A stretch of 63,868 bases of DNA, the filler included, from Octopus bimaculoides (taxonomy: Eukaryota): NCBI RefSeq assembly GCF_001194135.2. It is 5 parts of 5 records of this genome, joined end to end, with 100 filler letters (N's around TTAATTAATTAA, not from the genome) between each part and the next. Parts side by side here need not be neighbours in the genome. Positions count along the whole stretch, not along the records: positions 1 to 23,524 come from NC_068997.1; 4 more parts are not named here. One strand, written 5' to 3'. Both the position numbers and the translations under genes were made by a program. How positions within the stretch are numbered: the stretch's first letter is position 1; every line of letters starts with the position of its first letter. The notes beneath the pieces were generated by a model that searched no databases, was not told the origin of the DNA, and was given only the letters and a program-made list of their open reading frames with translations. Shown in pieces: positions 1 through 11,535 of the stretch.

Positions 1-482
1 TTAATTATGATTAAAGATCAATTGAATAATAGAAAAATACAAGATTATTTATTTCTACAAACGTAATAATAAAAAATATGAATGAAAAAATTATGAATGG
101 AAAAAATTATGAATGAAAAAATTAGGAAAGAAAAAATTATTAAGAATAAAAGGTTAAACTTTATATATATATACAAAGATTTGATTTTAAAAAAACCAAA
201 AAACTTTAACGATATTATAAACTATAAAGATTAATAATTAATCAAATAATATTAATCAAAAATAATCGAAAATATATCAACACTATTCCAATCGAAGTTC
301 TAATATTATGTTGAAATGAAACTATAACTTCTAAATAATATAGTGTTAAATAAGTTATCTATTAAAATAATCTATAAAGAACCAAATGAATAGTATAAAT
401 AATAATATTAGGGATAAAAATCCAAAACTATATATATAGATAAATATATATATATTCTTAAATAATAATAATGCCCTGATGC

Positions 483-990
483 AATATCAGGCAGTGGCTC
501 TCATGACTTCTGATTTTAACTGATTGGGAGTGTTATCATGTACATGTTTTGTCTTGGTGTAAAAGATGGATTATAGCAAATATTCTGCTCTATACTGCAG
601 ATTTGCTTGTCAGTTGTTTGAGCTTAACCATTTGAGCATGTTCCTTAGTGGCTGACAATATATGCATCCGGTCACAAACAGGAGTAGTTGGGGAGCATCT
701 TAGCCATGTATTGAGAAGGATTCTTTGGAAGTTTGAATAATTTACCTTTGGAAATATGGGTGTTACATTCATCATCCTCAAACAACCCTTATTCAGAGGC
801 CTTTTGAGTGGGATGGGATACTCAACTCAAAGAAAATTCTGAGTCCTACTTGCAAGATCATGCACTGTTTACCTTGATATGAGATCACCATGTTGCACAC
901 ATGGTTGTGACGCATGGGCTTGGTGTACCCTTATCAGATGGATAGTCAATGATGAGTATACTGGGCTTTGCATATTTGTATCCCAGTGTA
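483..990 (+). repeat. About 600-bp non-coding interspersed repeat with an (AAT)n 3' tail. Other copies 35962-36165 (-), 49657-50127 (-), 60328-60619 (+)
   Basis: The four copies align by eye (caggcagtggctctcatg...cccttatcaga...cccagtgt); two show a ttattattattgagtgagagagc tail. Confidence 0.85.
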
Positions 991-1099
991 AGTTTTCTCA
1001 GTAGCAAGAGGTTACACTCTCTTACAAAAGTGGTAAATAACAGCAACAACAAATAATTATCAAGGGCTGCTCTGGGCATCACACACTCTAGCTATGGTG

Positions 1100-2790
1100 C
1101 TTTTCATGTGTCACCGGCAAAAGTGCCAATCAGGCGGTACTTTCATTGGCCACAACAACAACTTCACTTGCCTCAACAGGTCTTTGCAAGCACAGTTTAT
1201 TGCCCAATGATTGAAGGGTACTCTTAAATGGGCTGGTATGCTGCACTGGCATAGGGCACAGTTATGGTCTCACTTGGCTTGCTGGGTCTTCTCAAGCACA
1301 TCATATCTCAAAAGGTCTTCATCACTGTCATTGCCTCGGTGAGGCCCAACATTTGAAGGTTGTGATTCAACACCTCATCTCAGGTCTTCCTGGGTCTACC
1401 TCTTCCACAGGTTCCCTCTACTGCTAGGGTGTGACACTTCTTCACACATCTCTCCTCATCCATATGCAACACATGACCATACCAGTGCAGTCGTCTCTCT
1501 TGCACACCACATCTGATGCTTCTTATGTCCAACTTTTCTCTCAGGGTGCTTACACTCTGTCGTGTAAGCACACTGACATTACACATCTAGCAGAGCAGAC
1601 TAGCTTCATTGCAAGCTTGTGCATGTTCTTGCAAACTTGTGCATGTTCTCAGCAGTCATGGCCCATGTTTCACTGTCATGTAGCATGGCTGTTCGCACAC
1701 ATGCATTATACAGTCTACCTTTTACTCTGAGTGAGAGGCCCTTTGTCACCAGCAGAGGTAGGAGCTCTCTGAACTTTGCCCAGGCTATCAGGCTATTCTT
1801 ATTCTAGTAGCTATACTCTCAGAGCAACCACCCCCACTATTGACTTGGTCACCTAAGTAACGGAAGCTATCAACTAGTTGTAGTTTTTCCCCCTGGCATG
1901 TGACAGAAGCTGTTTTCTGCACATTTTCAGTGTTTATTGCCCCTGAGTATTTGCCACACACAAAAACTAACTTCTCAGTTAGTCTTCCTTTAATATTGCT
2001 GCACCTCTTATGTGTCCATAGCTTACACTGGGTACATCTTATGGAGTTTCTACCTACGCCTTTTCTACAGATTGAGCAGGGCTATCTACCTGAAGGGATT
2101 TATGGTTTGTCTGCTTTCCTACTTATCAAGACTTTGGTTTTTGATAGATTGACTCTGAGGCCCTTCAATTCTAAACCTTGCTTCCACTCCTGAAACTTTT
2201 CCTCTAGTTCTGGTAGTGACTCAGCAATTAGAGCAAGGTCATCAGCATAGAGGAGTTCCCAGGGTCATCCTGTCTTGAATTCCTCTGTTATTGCCTGGAG
2301 GACTATGATGAATAAGAGGGGGGATGAGGACTGACCCTTGGTGTACTCCTACCCCTACCTGGAATTCTTCATTGTACTCATTGCCAACTCTCACCTTACT
2401 GACAGCATCTCAGTACATGACTTGTACAGCTCTCACTAACCACTCATCTATCTCTAGTTTCTGCCTTGACCACCAGATAAGGGGTTGGGGGACCCTGTCA
2501 AAGGCTTTCTCCATGTCAACGAAAGCCAGGTACAAAGGTTTACCTTTGGCTATGTCTTACCAGAAATATAGCATCAGTGGTGCTTTTCCCTGGTACAAAC
2601 CCAAACTGCATCTCATCTAGACTGACTCTCTCCCTAATTAGTTGGGCTATGACCCTCTCCGTGACTTTCATTACCTGATCCAACAACTTGATACCTCTGT
2701 AATTATTTGTATCTAAAGTGTCACCTTTACCTTTGTAGCAGTTGACTATGGTGCTGCTATACCAGTCATTGGATATGACTCCATGTATCA
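1100..2790 (-). mobile_element. 5'-truncated RTE-clade LINE (RT domain, C-terminus and 3' UTR), degraded
   Basis: Minus-strand translation gives NYRGIKLLDQVMKVTERV, QFGFVPGKSTTDA, ELLYADDLALIAES and RRLHWYGHV...GRGRPRKT; contains stops and frameshifts. Confidence 0.9.
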
Positions 2791-2829
2791 GCTGATTGAC
2801 TATAGGGGTGACGAGACTATAGCCAACAC

Positions 2830-3306
2830 TGCATAGGTGTCAAAATCTTCATCTTTTTTGACCAAATTTAAACATTGCCAGCGAGTATTGAACAGGGAAC
2901 TTCTTTCACTGAAAGCTTTCAATAAAATATTAATTATTTCATTGAAACAAATCCCACCTGGCTTCTTAGGCAGAATATAGTTACTATATTTTTCGTGTCT
3001 GGCAGGGGATAACTTTCTTAAAAGTAGTCGTACTTTTTCATGTCGGACCGACTTTTACACTCTTCTTTGAAGATGTCTTTGTGCCTATGAAAATATGCAG
3101 AGAAGGTAATACTTCCTTCTGGGTTGTATTTGAATTCTCCAATTGAGTTTGCTATGCTGTCTGGTGACTATGAACCTGAAGTATTTTCAGACTCCTTCAA
3201 CACCGATTCCAGCAACTGTTGGTTTTGTTGTTGTTGCTGTTGTAGTTACTGTTGCTGCTGCTATTGCTGTTGCAACTGCACCAGAGAAGCCAATAAGTTC
3301 TCCATG
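2830..3306 (-). mobile_element. Ty3/gypsy (K02A2.6-like) gag N-terminal remnant with a poly-Q tract
   Basis: MENLLASLVQLQQQ...SIANSIGEFKYNPEEGITFSAYF...KVRLLLRKL...HEKYSNYILPK...SSLFNTRWQCLNL, with in-frame stops; resembles invertebrate gypsy gag. Confidence 0.75.
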
Positions 3307-4134
3307 ATAAATGATTTCTTTTCTTTGGTTTCGTATAAAAAAAAAGAAATTTTAAACATCCAACGCAAGCTTCAAACAACTCATTACCACTTTTACATCT
3401 TTGTATTAGACATATAATATAAGGAAGCAATGGGGAAGAAAGTATATACATGAACCACTTCTATTAATATTACACAAGCCTCAATGCTCTACATCAACGG
3501 CTCACAGTGAACTGCTACCAACCTGAGCTGCCAATCGCTCACAGTTCTTTAATCTATAACAATAAGTTCTTTAGCCACTTGTGGGGTGGTTGGAATCATC
3601 CAACAACAAAGTATGAAGAGGACATTGTGAATGACAGACAGACATATGACGAGAAAGCAAAATGGCAAAAAAACAAAAGAAGGAACTGGTAAATTTATAC
3701 CTCTCTCTCTAGTTTACTCTCAGGACTTTCATCTGGTCGAGTGGTTGTTCCAGATAAAGCATCAAGGAATGAATCAACGCTCTGTGAGCTGCAACAGAAA
3801 TAAAGGAGTAAAGATCAAAATTAGGGAGTCTTCATGTACAACATTATCATCGTTTAATGTCTGCCTTTTATGCAGGCATAAATTGGATGGTTTGACAGGA
3901 GCTGGCCAGGTAGAAGACTACACCAGGTTTCTGTGTCTGTTTTGGCATGGTTTTTACAGCTGGATGCCCTTCCTAGCATCAACCACCCCACAGAGTGGAC
4001 TGAGTGCTTTTTATATGGCACCAGCAAAGGTGAGGTCAGTTTTGGCTTGGCTTTTACAGCTGGATGCCTTTCCAAATGCCAATCACTTCACAGTGTGGAC
4101 TGAATGCTTTTTAGTGTGGCACCTGCACTGGATG

Positions 4135-4815
4135 TGTAATGTCAGTGTGCACACATGAGAGAGTGTAAGAACCCTGAGAGAAATGTTGGGCATAAGAAGC
4201 ATCGGATGTGGTGTGCAAGAGAGATGACTGCTCTGGTATGGTTATGTGATGCGTATGGATGAGGAGAGATGTGTGAAGTGCCACTCCCAAACAGCGGAAG
4301 GAATCTGGGGTAGAGGGAGACCCAGGAAGTCATGGGATGAGGTGGTGAAGCATGACCTTCGAATGTTGGGCCTCACAGAGGCAATGACAAGAGACCGAGA
4401 CCTCTGGAGGTATGCTGTGATTGAGAAGACCCGGCAAATAAAGTGAGTCCACAGCTGTAACCTACACCAGTGTCACATAACCAGCCCACTCAAAAGTACC
4501 TTGGATCGTAGGGTGACATGCCATGCTTGAGGAGACCTATTGAGTCAAGTACATCAACATCAGCAATATCAAGTTCAAATCAAATGGAAATTGTAGTTGT
4601 GAGCCCCATGCTGGTAGTATGTAAAAAGCACCATCCGAATGTGGCCGATGCCAGTGCCACCTTGACTGGCTTCCGTGCTGGTGGCACATAAAAAGCACCA
4701 TCCAATCGTGGTTGATGCTAGCTCTTCTGGTGCAGCCTCCTGGCTTCCCAGACCCCACTCAAACCGTTCAACCCATGCCAGCATGGAAAACGGATGTTAA
4801 ACGATGATGATGATG
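4135..4815 (+). mobile_element. RTE LINE 3' fragment with 3' UTR ending in a (GAT)n tail
   Basis: ORF 4246..4446 (GRGRPRKSWDEVVKHDL...) is homologous to 1380..1586; tail gatgatgatgatg at about 4803-4815. Confidence 0.85.
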
Positions 4816-5686
4816 TTTGGCACACAAATTAACATGAAATTTTGACGGAAGGTTTTAATTTAGATCACTTTAATACAGAAAAACTATGGCCAGTCCCTGG
4901 CAGGTTGGTGTCAGAAGAGTTAAGAAAATGAGCTAACAAGAAGTGAGACTGTGCACTTGAGCAGATCCGCCTAATCCATGCTGGCAGGTAAAAATGGATG
5001 TAGAGTGATGACAACAATAATGACAGAAATGGTAGAATGCCATACAAAATGAGATTTATGGGACTTTATGGCCATTTAGATTCTGAGTTCAAATCCTGCT
5101 AGAACACACTGTCTATATACTCTTCAACATCAATAAAATAAGTACCAGTAATAAACTGGCATTGGTTTAATCAACTATGACCTTTCCCTAATGTCAAAAT
5201 TAGAAATCAGAATTTGTTTATATTAAACAATGAATCATTATTTCTAGGTCTAGAAACTAAGTTGGGCCCAAAAGTAATTCTCTCTCATCACCACTATTTA
5301 TGTCTTTGCAGCTCCTACTAATCATTTCCCCCCTCTCTTCTTCTAAATGTGAGTAGCCATATAGCTATTCCACAGCAAAACCTTATAAACTCATGATACT
5401 CACAAATGAGTCCTACTGCCTGTGTTAAGAACCAACGATGCTAGTTCTTAGCCTGGGTGGTAAGACCAAGTCGTGGGTTTTGCTGAAATGTCAGATATAC
5501 AAAAAAGACAGGTATTGTTAGAATGCTTTTCATCAATGAGTGTACTGGATCAGGTCTAACCTAGTGATCAACAACAACAGTATCTTGTTGACAAGTAGCA
5601 TCGTACTACTCCCTATTTGCTTCATACATTCAGTCCTTTGCACTTATTCATTGTCAAGTATGTTTAAAAGAAACCCATTGTTTTAC

Positions 5687-5826
5687 CGTTCTCGTTCTGT
5701 AATTGTTCCTTCCATCACATCAGTTGTTTCAGTTCGAGGGGGAGATGTTTCGAAACCCTTTCGAATTTCTTCAGAGTTTTCATATTTGAGAGCCTGGACC
5801 AGTTGCAGCAGATAAAGAAGTAAATC
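5687..5826 (-). CDS. PIK3C3: PIK3C3/Vps34 exon, 140 nt, phase 0/2: DLLLYLLQLVQALKYENSEEIRKGFETSPPRTETTDVMEGTITERE(R)
   Basis: DLLxYLLQLVQALKYE is the conserved Vps34 motif and continues in frame from the previous exon; acceptor ttcAG. The donor GTaaaa lies in the variable linker and is less certain. Confidence 0.9.
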
Positions 5827-5994
5827 CTGAAATAGTTGAAGACATTTTCAGTATAATATCTTTGATACATACACGCACATATAGTATGCACACATGTATA
5901 TACATAATACGCACACACCACACACACAGTAAGACATTTTTGGTGAACAAAATGGTAGAACAATAACTGGGTTTTATCACAGTTTAAAGTAACA

Positions 5995-6210
5995 CATCAT
6001 CATCATCATCATCATCGTTTAACGTCCGCTTTCCATGCTAGCATGGGTTGGATGATTTGACTGACGACTGGTGAACCAGATGGCTACACCAGGTTCCAAT
6101 CTGATTTGACAGAGTTTCTACAGCTGGATGCCCTTCCTAACGCCAACCACTCCAAGAGTGTAGTGGGTGCTTTTACGTGCCACCGGCACGAAGGCCAGTC
6201 AGGCGATACT
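5995..6210 (-). mobile_element. RTE-type 3' UTR/SINE-like repeat with (GAT)n tail. Further copies near 3830-4130, 16150-16370, 18960-19190, 23350-23524 and 25180-25685
   Basis: Shared motif catcatcgtttaacgtccgctttccatgctagcatgggttgg...gctggatgcccttcct at several loci. Confidence 0.8.
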
Positions 6211-6467
6211 ACACATAACACACACACGTACAAGTATATACACATGTACACACATATACATGTTTGTATACACACAAATACATATGTATACAATAAGACA
6301 CCTTCGATGAACAAATGGTAGAAAAGTAACAAGGTTATATAACAGTTTAAAGCAACATATGTGTATACACACACATACATATATATGGTAAGACATCTTA
6401 GGTGAAGTAAATGGTGGAACAATTACTGGGTTATATAACAGCCTAAAGTAACAGATGTACACACATA

Positions 6468-7135
6468 TATGAGGTGGTATCAAAAGGTTCCTGGACTAGT
6501 TGTGTTTAATAAAAAATAACTGATTTACCTAAGTTTTACCATCATCTCCTTCAAAACAGTCACCTTGCGCAGCAATACACCAGTCCCAGTGTCCCTGTCA
6601 CTTTGGAATCTGGCCCAGAAACTGTTTTCCATAAGCAAGTTGAGGACCTTCTATGATTCACTCTGGATCTCAACAACAGTGTTAATATGGTGACCTTTGA
6701 GCTGCATTTTAAACTTGGGGAAGAGATGGAAGTCTGCAGGTGCTAAATCTGGTGAATAGGGTGGGTGTGGAAGTGATACCATGTTGATTTTGGCAAGAAG
6801 CTTACGGGTGAGGCAAACTCCGTGAAGAATTCAATTCTTCGCGCTCCACAGATCCAGTCATTTTTGCCCAACGTCCTCCCTCAAATGCTTCAAAACATCA
6901 CAGTAGAACTCTCGATGGTCTGGCCTTGGGGGTCGAATTCTTAATGCACAATACCACATTTCTGGGGGTGATACTCGTGGTAGGTCTTCCAGTTTGCTCA
7001 TCGTCTTCCAAGGATGTTCTTCTACTTTTAAGGTGCCTGTGCTATTAGAAACATTGTGTACGATGCATTGCCTCATTGCCATAAGCTTGTCAATGTCTCT
7101 GTAGCAGAATTCCCAAATTTAACACAAAATTTCAC
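6468..7135 (-). mobile_element. Degraded mariner transposon, internally deleted
   Basis: Minus strand reads EFYCDVLKHLREDV...PHPPYSPDLAPADFHLFPK, containing the mariner YSPDLAP motif; TIR-like tatgaggtggtatcaaaag at the left end. Confidence 0.85.
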
Positions 7136-7180
7136 CCCACTGCACCACATGCACAAACACAGCAGTTTATGTTAACTTAC

Positions 7181-7366
7181 CTCATCATCAGCCTGGGCTA
7201 AACGAGACACAGCATATTTTCGGACAGCAGGATGGGTGAATGCAGGTGAGAAAAGCTCAAGAGCGTCTTCTACATCCATTGGGTTCCACTTGAGAAGGAG
7301 CTCGAGAGCTTGTTTTACTTCTTGAGGCAAACTCCAGTTGACACATTTCAGAAACTTTGTTAAGGC
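7181..7366 (-). CDS. PIK3C3: PIK3C3/Vps34 helical (PIK) domain exon, 186 nt, phase 0/0: [16 protein letters not shown]...RLAQADDE
   Basis: Lies within ORF 7172..7372; near-identical to the Vps34 [11 protein letters not shown]...AVARLRQADDE segment; gcAG and GTaagt. Confidence 0.97.
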
Positions 7367-7469
7367 CTGCAAGAAGAGAGAAAGTGAAATTAATTAACAA
7401 CAACAAACAAAAGAAGCCATAAAGATTTAAAAAATGTAATCAGCCATAAATATTTCCAGAACGAAAGAA

Positions 7470-8165
7470 TAATTTTCTTCTACGATAGACAGAAGGTCTG
7501 AAATTTTAAGGGCAGAGGGCTAGTCGAGTACATTGATGCCAGTGCTTGACTGGTGGTTATTTTAGTGACCCTGAGAAGATAAAAGATATAGTTGATCTCG
7601 GTGGAATTTGAACTCAGAATGTAGAGCTTGATGAAATATCTGCTAAGTACTTTTTCCAGTGTGCTAATGATTCTGCCAGCTTGCTGCCTTAATAATAATA
7701 ATCCTTTCTACTAAAAGTACAAAGCCTGACATTTTGGGGGAGGGGGGAACAAGTCGATTACATTGATCTTAGTGTTTCACTGGTACTTAATTCATTGACT
7801 CTGAAAGGATGAAAGACAAAATCGGCCTTGGCAGAATTTGAACTCAAAACATAGTGACATATGACATACAGCTAAGTATTTTGCCTGGCGTGCTATCATT
7901 TCTGCTAGCTCACCACCTTAATAATAATAATAATAATAATAATAATAGTCCTTTCTATTATAGGCAGAAGGCCTGAAATTTGGGTGAGGCGACTAGTCAA
8001 TTACATCAACCCCAGTGTGTAACTGGTACTTAATTTATTGATCCCAAAAGGATGAAAGGTAAAGCTGACCTCGGAGGAATTTGAACTCAAAATGTAAAGA
8101 TGGACGAAATGCTGCTAAGCATTTGCCCGGTATGCTAATGATTCTACCAACTTGCCGCCTTAATA
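7470..8165 (-). mobile_element. Three head-to-tail copies of a tRNA-derived SINE (family A, head aaggcggcgagctggcagaa...ctgagttcaaattcc) separated by (AAT)n
   Basis: Repeated B-box-like gaatttgaactc and cgaaaggatgaaagg motifs; units at about 7470-7692, 7705-7920 and 7947-8162. Confidence 0.85.
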
Positions 8166-8429
8166 ATAATAAGCTTTAGTGTCATGGAAATTATAGCCTT
8201 AGTAAATCTTTTATTAGTGTTGTAATTGTTTAGCCCTAGTTAAATCTTTATAGAAAGTGTTTCACTCATAACCATCTCTTTTTTTCAGGCATAATCTATC
8301 TAGGATTGCCTTATTTAATGTGTCTTTTCTTATTTTAAAGAAAGTAAGGTGTAATTTGAAGAAAATTTGACTTCTATAAAAGAATTTCTATATGGCTGAG
8401 CAACTACATAGCTCTCTTATATGCTTGCA

Positions 8430-8892
8430 CTGTGTCCCTATGAAGTACATGTATCCAGCACTTTATTATTATTTTTTTTTAGGTACATGTACCCAGGACT
8501 GTTTCTTTTATGGTACAGTTATCCAGCACTTTGTCCCTATGAGGTACATGCACTCAGCACCAAGTATCTATGTGGTACATGTATCAAGCAGTGTTCATAA
8601 GAGATAGACGTACCCAGTTGTGTCCTTGTGAAGTACATGTACACTGTACTGTGAGTACTTGATACATGTACCCAGTAATGTTCATAAGAGGTATATTACT
8701 CAGTGCTGTGTATTGCATGATGTACATATACTCAGCATTGTGTTCTTATGAGGTACACGTACACAAGTGTTCATAAGAAGTATATGTGCCCAGTACTGTC
8801 TCTCTCTGAGGAGTATGTACCCAACAGTGTGACCCTGTGAGGTACATGAACCCAGCACCTTGTTTATAAGAGGTACATGTACACAGTACTGC
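8430..8892. repeat. Degenerate minisatellite, unit about 31 nt (tgtgtccctatgaggtacatgtacccagcac), roughly 14-15 copies
   Basis: The core aggtacatgtacccag recurs at about 30-nt spacing. Confidence 0.8.
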
Positions 8893-9538
8893 CACCTAAT
8901 CAAACACTCATTTACCTGATGATAAAAAAAAAAAAAAAAGAAACCCTTGTTTAGCTATTGTTGCTGTGTTCAATTGCAATTAATATCACTGTTGTTGCTG
9001 TTTTTAATTGCTATTAATATCAACACTGCTGTTTTTAATTGCAATTACTTGTGACTGAAATATGAGAGAAGGAAAACTTTATGAATTTGTTGTTCTTGAA
9101 TGGCAGAGTTAATTTTTGTCCAGGCACCATTAGCTGTTTCTTGGGGTGTCTTTAATAGAATATAGTCTACTCCAAGTAATCAAACCAGGTTTGGTATCTG
9201 AAAATTACTGTCTCTTTTCTCCCATCACTCACAAAGACCCTTGGGAAATGGTCAGAAATGTTGCCTCTCCCCACCTCCTCAAACCAAACCATTAATATAA
9301 TCCTTTTTATATATTCGCAAGAGTTCAAAAGACATTTAATTCTTGGCAGAATGGACTGGAGGAGGAAGAGGAGGAAGAGGAAAGATAGTTTTCTTCCACA
9401 TTTACAACTTGTGACACCAACATTCTGAAACAACAGCTACAACACTCCCTCCAACTCCACCATCACAACACCTACGACAACAAATTCCCACCCACACCGA
9501 CAACATTACTACGACTCATCACAACAACAACTACTTAC

Positions 9539-9631
9539 CTTCTTTTGACTACTGAGGTAAAAACGGAATTTCCAAACTAAATCTTGTTCTTCTGATGTTA
9601 AAGCTTTTGTAGAGGGATAACTGCAGATAGC
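9539..9631 (-). CDS. PIK3C3: PIK3C3/Vps34 internal exon, 93 nt, phase 0/0: [31 protein letters not shown]
   Basis: Matches Vps34 [23 protein letters not shown] (start of helical domain); ttgtAG and GTaagt splice sites. Too short for the ORF track. Confidence 0.95.
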
Positions 9632-9658
9632 CTACAATGAAAGAAATACAACAATGAT

Positions 9659-9696
<38 letters not shown>

Positions 9697-9770
9697 CTTT
9701 ATTTAAAAAGCAGCAAAAATATCACAAAATATTGCAGTTTTTGTGATATTTTTGCTGCTTTTTAATAAAG
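9697..9770. repeat. Short near-perfect inverted repeat (about 32-bp arms, 9-nt loop), probably an internally deleted MITE
   Basis: ctttatttaaaaagcagcaaaaatatcacaaaa pairs with ttttgtgatatttttgctgctttttaataaag. Confidence 0.85.
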
Positions 9771-10960
9771 CATATTACTCTACCTCTGGTATTTGAGTAC
9801 TATTTTTTCCACCTTGTTTTGCATTTATGTGCTTACTCTGGTATATATATAATATATATATATGATATTTTTATCATTCTCTCTTCATTTTTTGTTCTCA
9901 ATCATTTCTGCTGAAGAGTGTAGGCTCAAAATGTCAAGACTTTCTCATTGTTCCTGAGCATTAAACTAATNNNNNNNNNNNNNNNNNNNNNNNNNNNNNN
10001 NNNNNNNNNNNNNNNNNNNNNNNNNNNNNNNNNNNNNNNNNNNNNNNNNNNNNNNNNNNNNNNNNNNNNNNNNNNNNNNNNNNNATATATATATATATAT
10101 ATAAAGAAAGAGAGAGGGGGTGGAGGGGAGGGATAACTAGATAGCATGCATTGAGAAGAATTGCTTATACATGAGAGGAGGGTTGGCTGGATGTATTACG
10201 TGTTAGGACTAATAGTAACACATGCATACAGTTCAAAGTCATGTAGAATCTTCTATTTTGAATGCCTGCTTTCCCCTCAAATACTCTCATAACTGCCTTC
10301 AACAGTAACCCCAAGTTTTGTTCATCACCCACTATTTCCACTCTTATGTTCCTCAGACCTCCATATCTGTCAAATGTAAATAATGTATATAATTCCTCAT
10401 CTCTTAAATACAGAACTGTATCAACTTTTCCATACATCCATGAAATAGAGGAGTCTACATTGGACCACTGCTATAGCAAGTTGCCCTATCTCAAGCAAGG
10501 TGCCCTATGTCACATCGGCCTTCACCTGTTTCCAGGCAAGGTAATAACACTCCATTCTATCAAACAGCCCAGACTTGGTTATCAGGAGAAATGGAAACAA
10601 GTCACACTATTTGAATGAGCCTTTTGTTTACAATCAGCAAACACATGTTGAGATGATGGGAAATATAAACAAACTCACAAAGACATACATCTATATGGGG
10701 GCATGTATGACTATGTGGTTGAGAAGTTTGCTTTGAAGTCACATGGTTCTAGGTTCCATTCTATTGGTTGGCACCTTGGACAGATGTCTTCTACTAAAGT
10801 CACATACCAATCAAAGCTATTTTAGTGGATTTGGTTGATGGGAACTGAAAGACAATGTTCTTTCTTTCTCTTTCTATGTATACACAGTTGAGAATCTACA
10901 CATTTCAACCATGAATGTATATTTAGGTTTTTGTAACTGTAAACAAACAACCTCTCTCTC

Positions 10961-10961
<1 letters not shown>

Positions 10962-11030
<69 letters not shown>
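10962..11030. repeat. (CA)n microsatellite, representative of many (TA)n, (CA)n, (GA)n, (TAGA)n and (AAT)n tracts (e.g. 21678-21716, 38017-38070, 24620-25140)
   Basis: Directly visible. These tracts explain most YIYI, CVCV and HTHT ORFs. Confidence 0.95.
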
Positions 11031-11034
<4 letters not shown>

Positions 11035-11194
11035 CAATCAACTTTGATTGTTATTATAAAACTTGTTATTATTCTATGAGCTAGATCTTCCTTTTGTCTC
11101 CACAATGTCTAGCTGTGTCAAATTCCTACCAGCTGTGTCACCACATCATGAGACTGAACAGGTCAACTATTGTTGCTGTTCTGATTCTTGTTTT

Positions 11195-11315
11195 AATTGC
11201 AATTACTTGGCTTTCAATCAAACAACAATAATTTCTATAACAACCAGTTCACAGTAAAACATGAAGACATATGATCAAGAGACTTTGGGTGCAGTTTCAA
11301 TGCCTGGCTGGAACC
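11195..11315 (-). mobile_element. SINE-like repeat with an inverted partner at about 12432-12535 (+)
   Basis: aagagactttgggtgcagtttcaa is the reverse complement of ttgaaactgcacccaaagtctctt at about 12443. Confidence 0.7.
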
Positions 11316-11482
11316 ATCTCAATTTTCTCTTTCACCGCAAATACTTTCTTTTATTCTTTTAATGGTGCTGGTGCCACATAAAAAAGCACCCATGCTGGTG
11401 CTACACAGAAAGCACCTCTGCCGGTAGCATATAGAAAGCAGCTGTGCCAGTACCACATGGAGAGCACCCGTGCCGGTATATA

Positions 11483-11535
<53 letters not shown>

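Noticed and set aside
1-430. Extremely AT-rich, strand-skewed stretch suggesting a NUMT
   Set aside because: No open frame in the invertebrate mitochondrial code and no recognisable mitochondrial gene motif; needs BLAST.
8430-8892. Repeat array as a CRISPR-like locus
   Set aside because: Degenerate tandem units without unique spacers, in an animal intron, with no cas genes.
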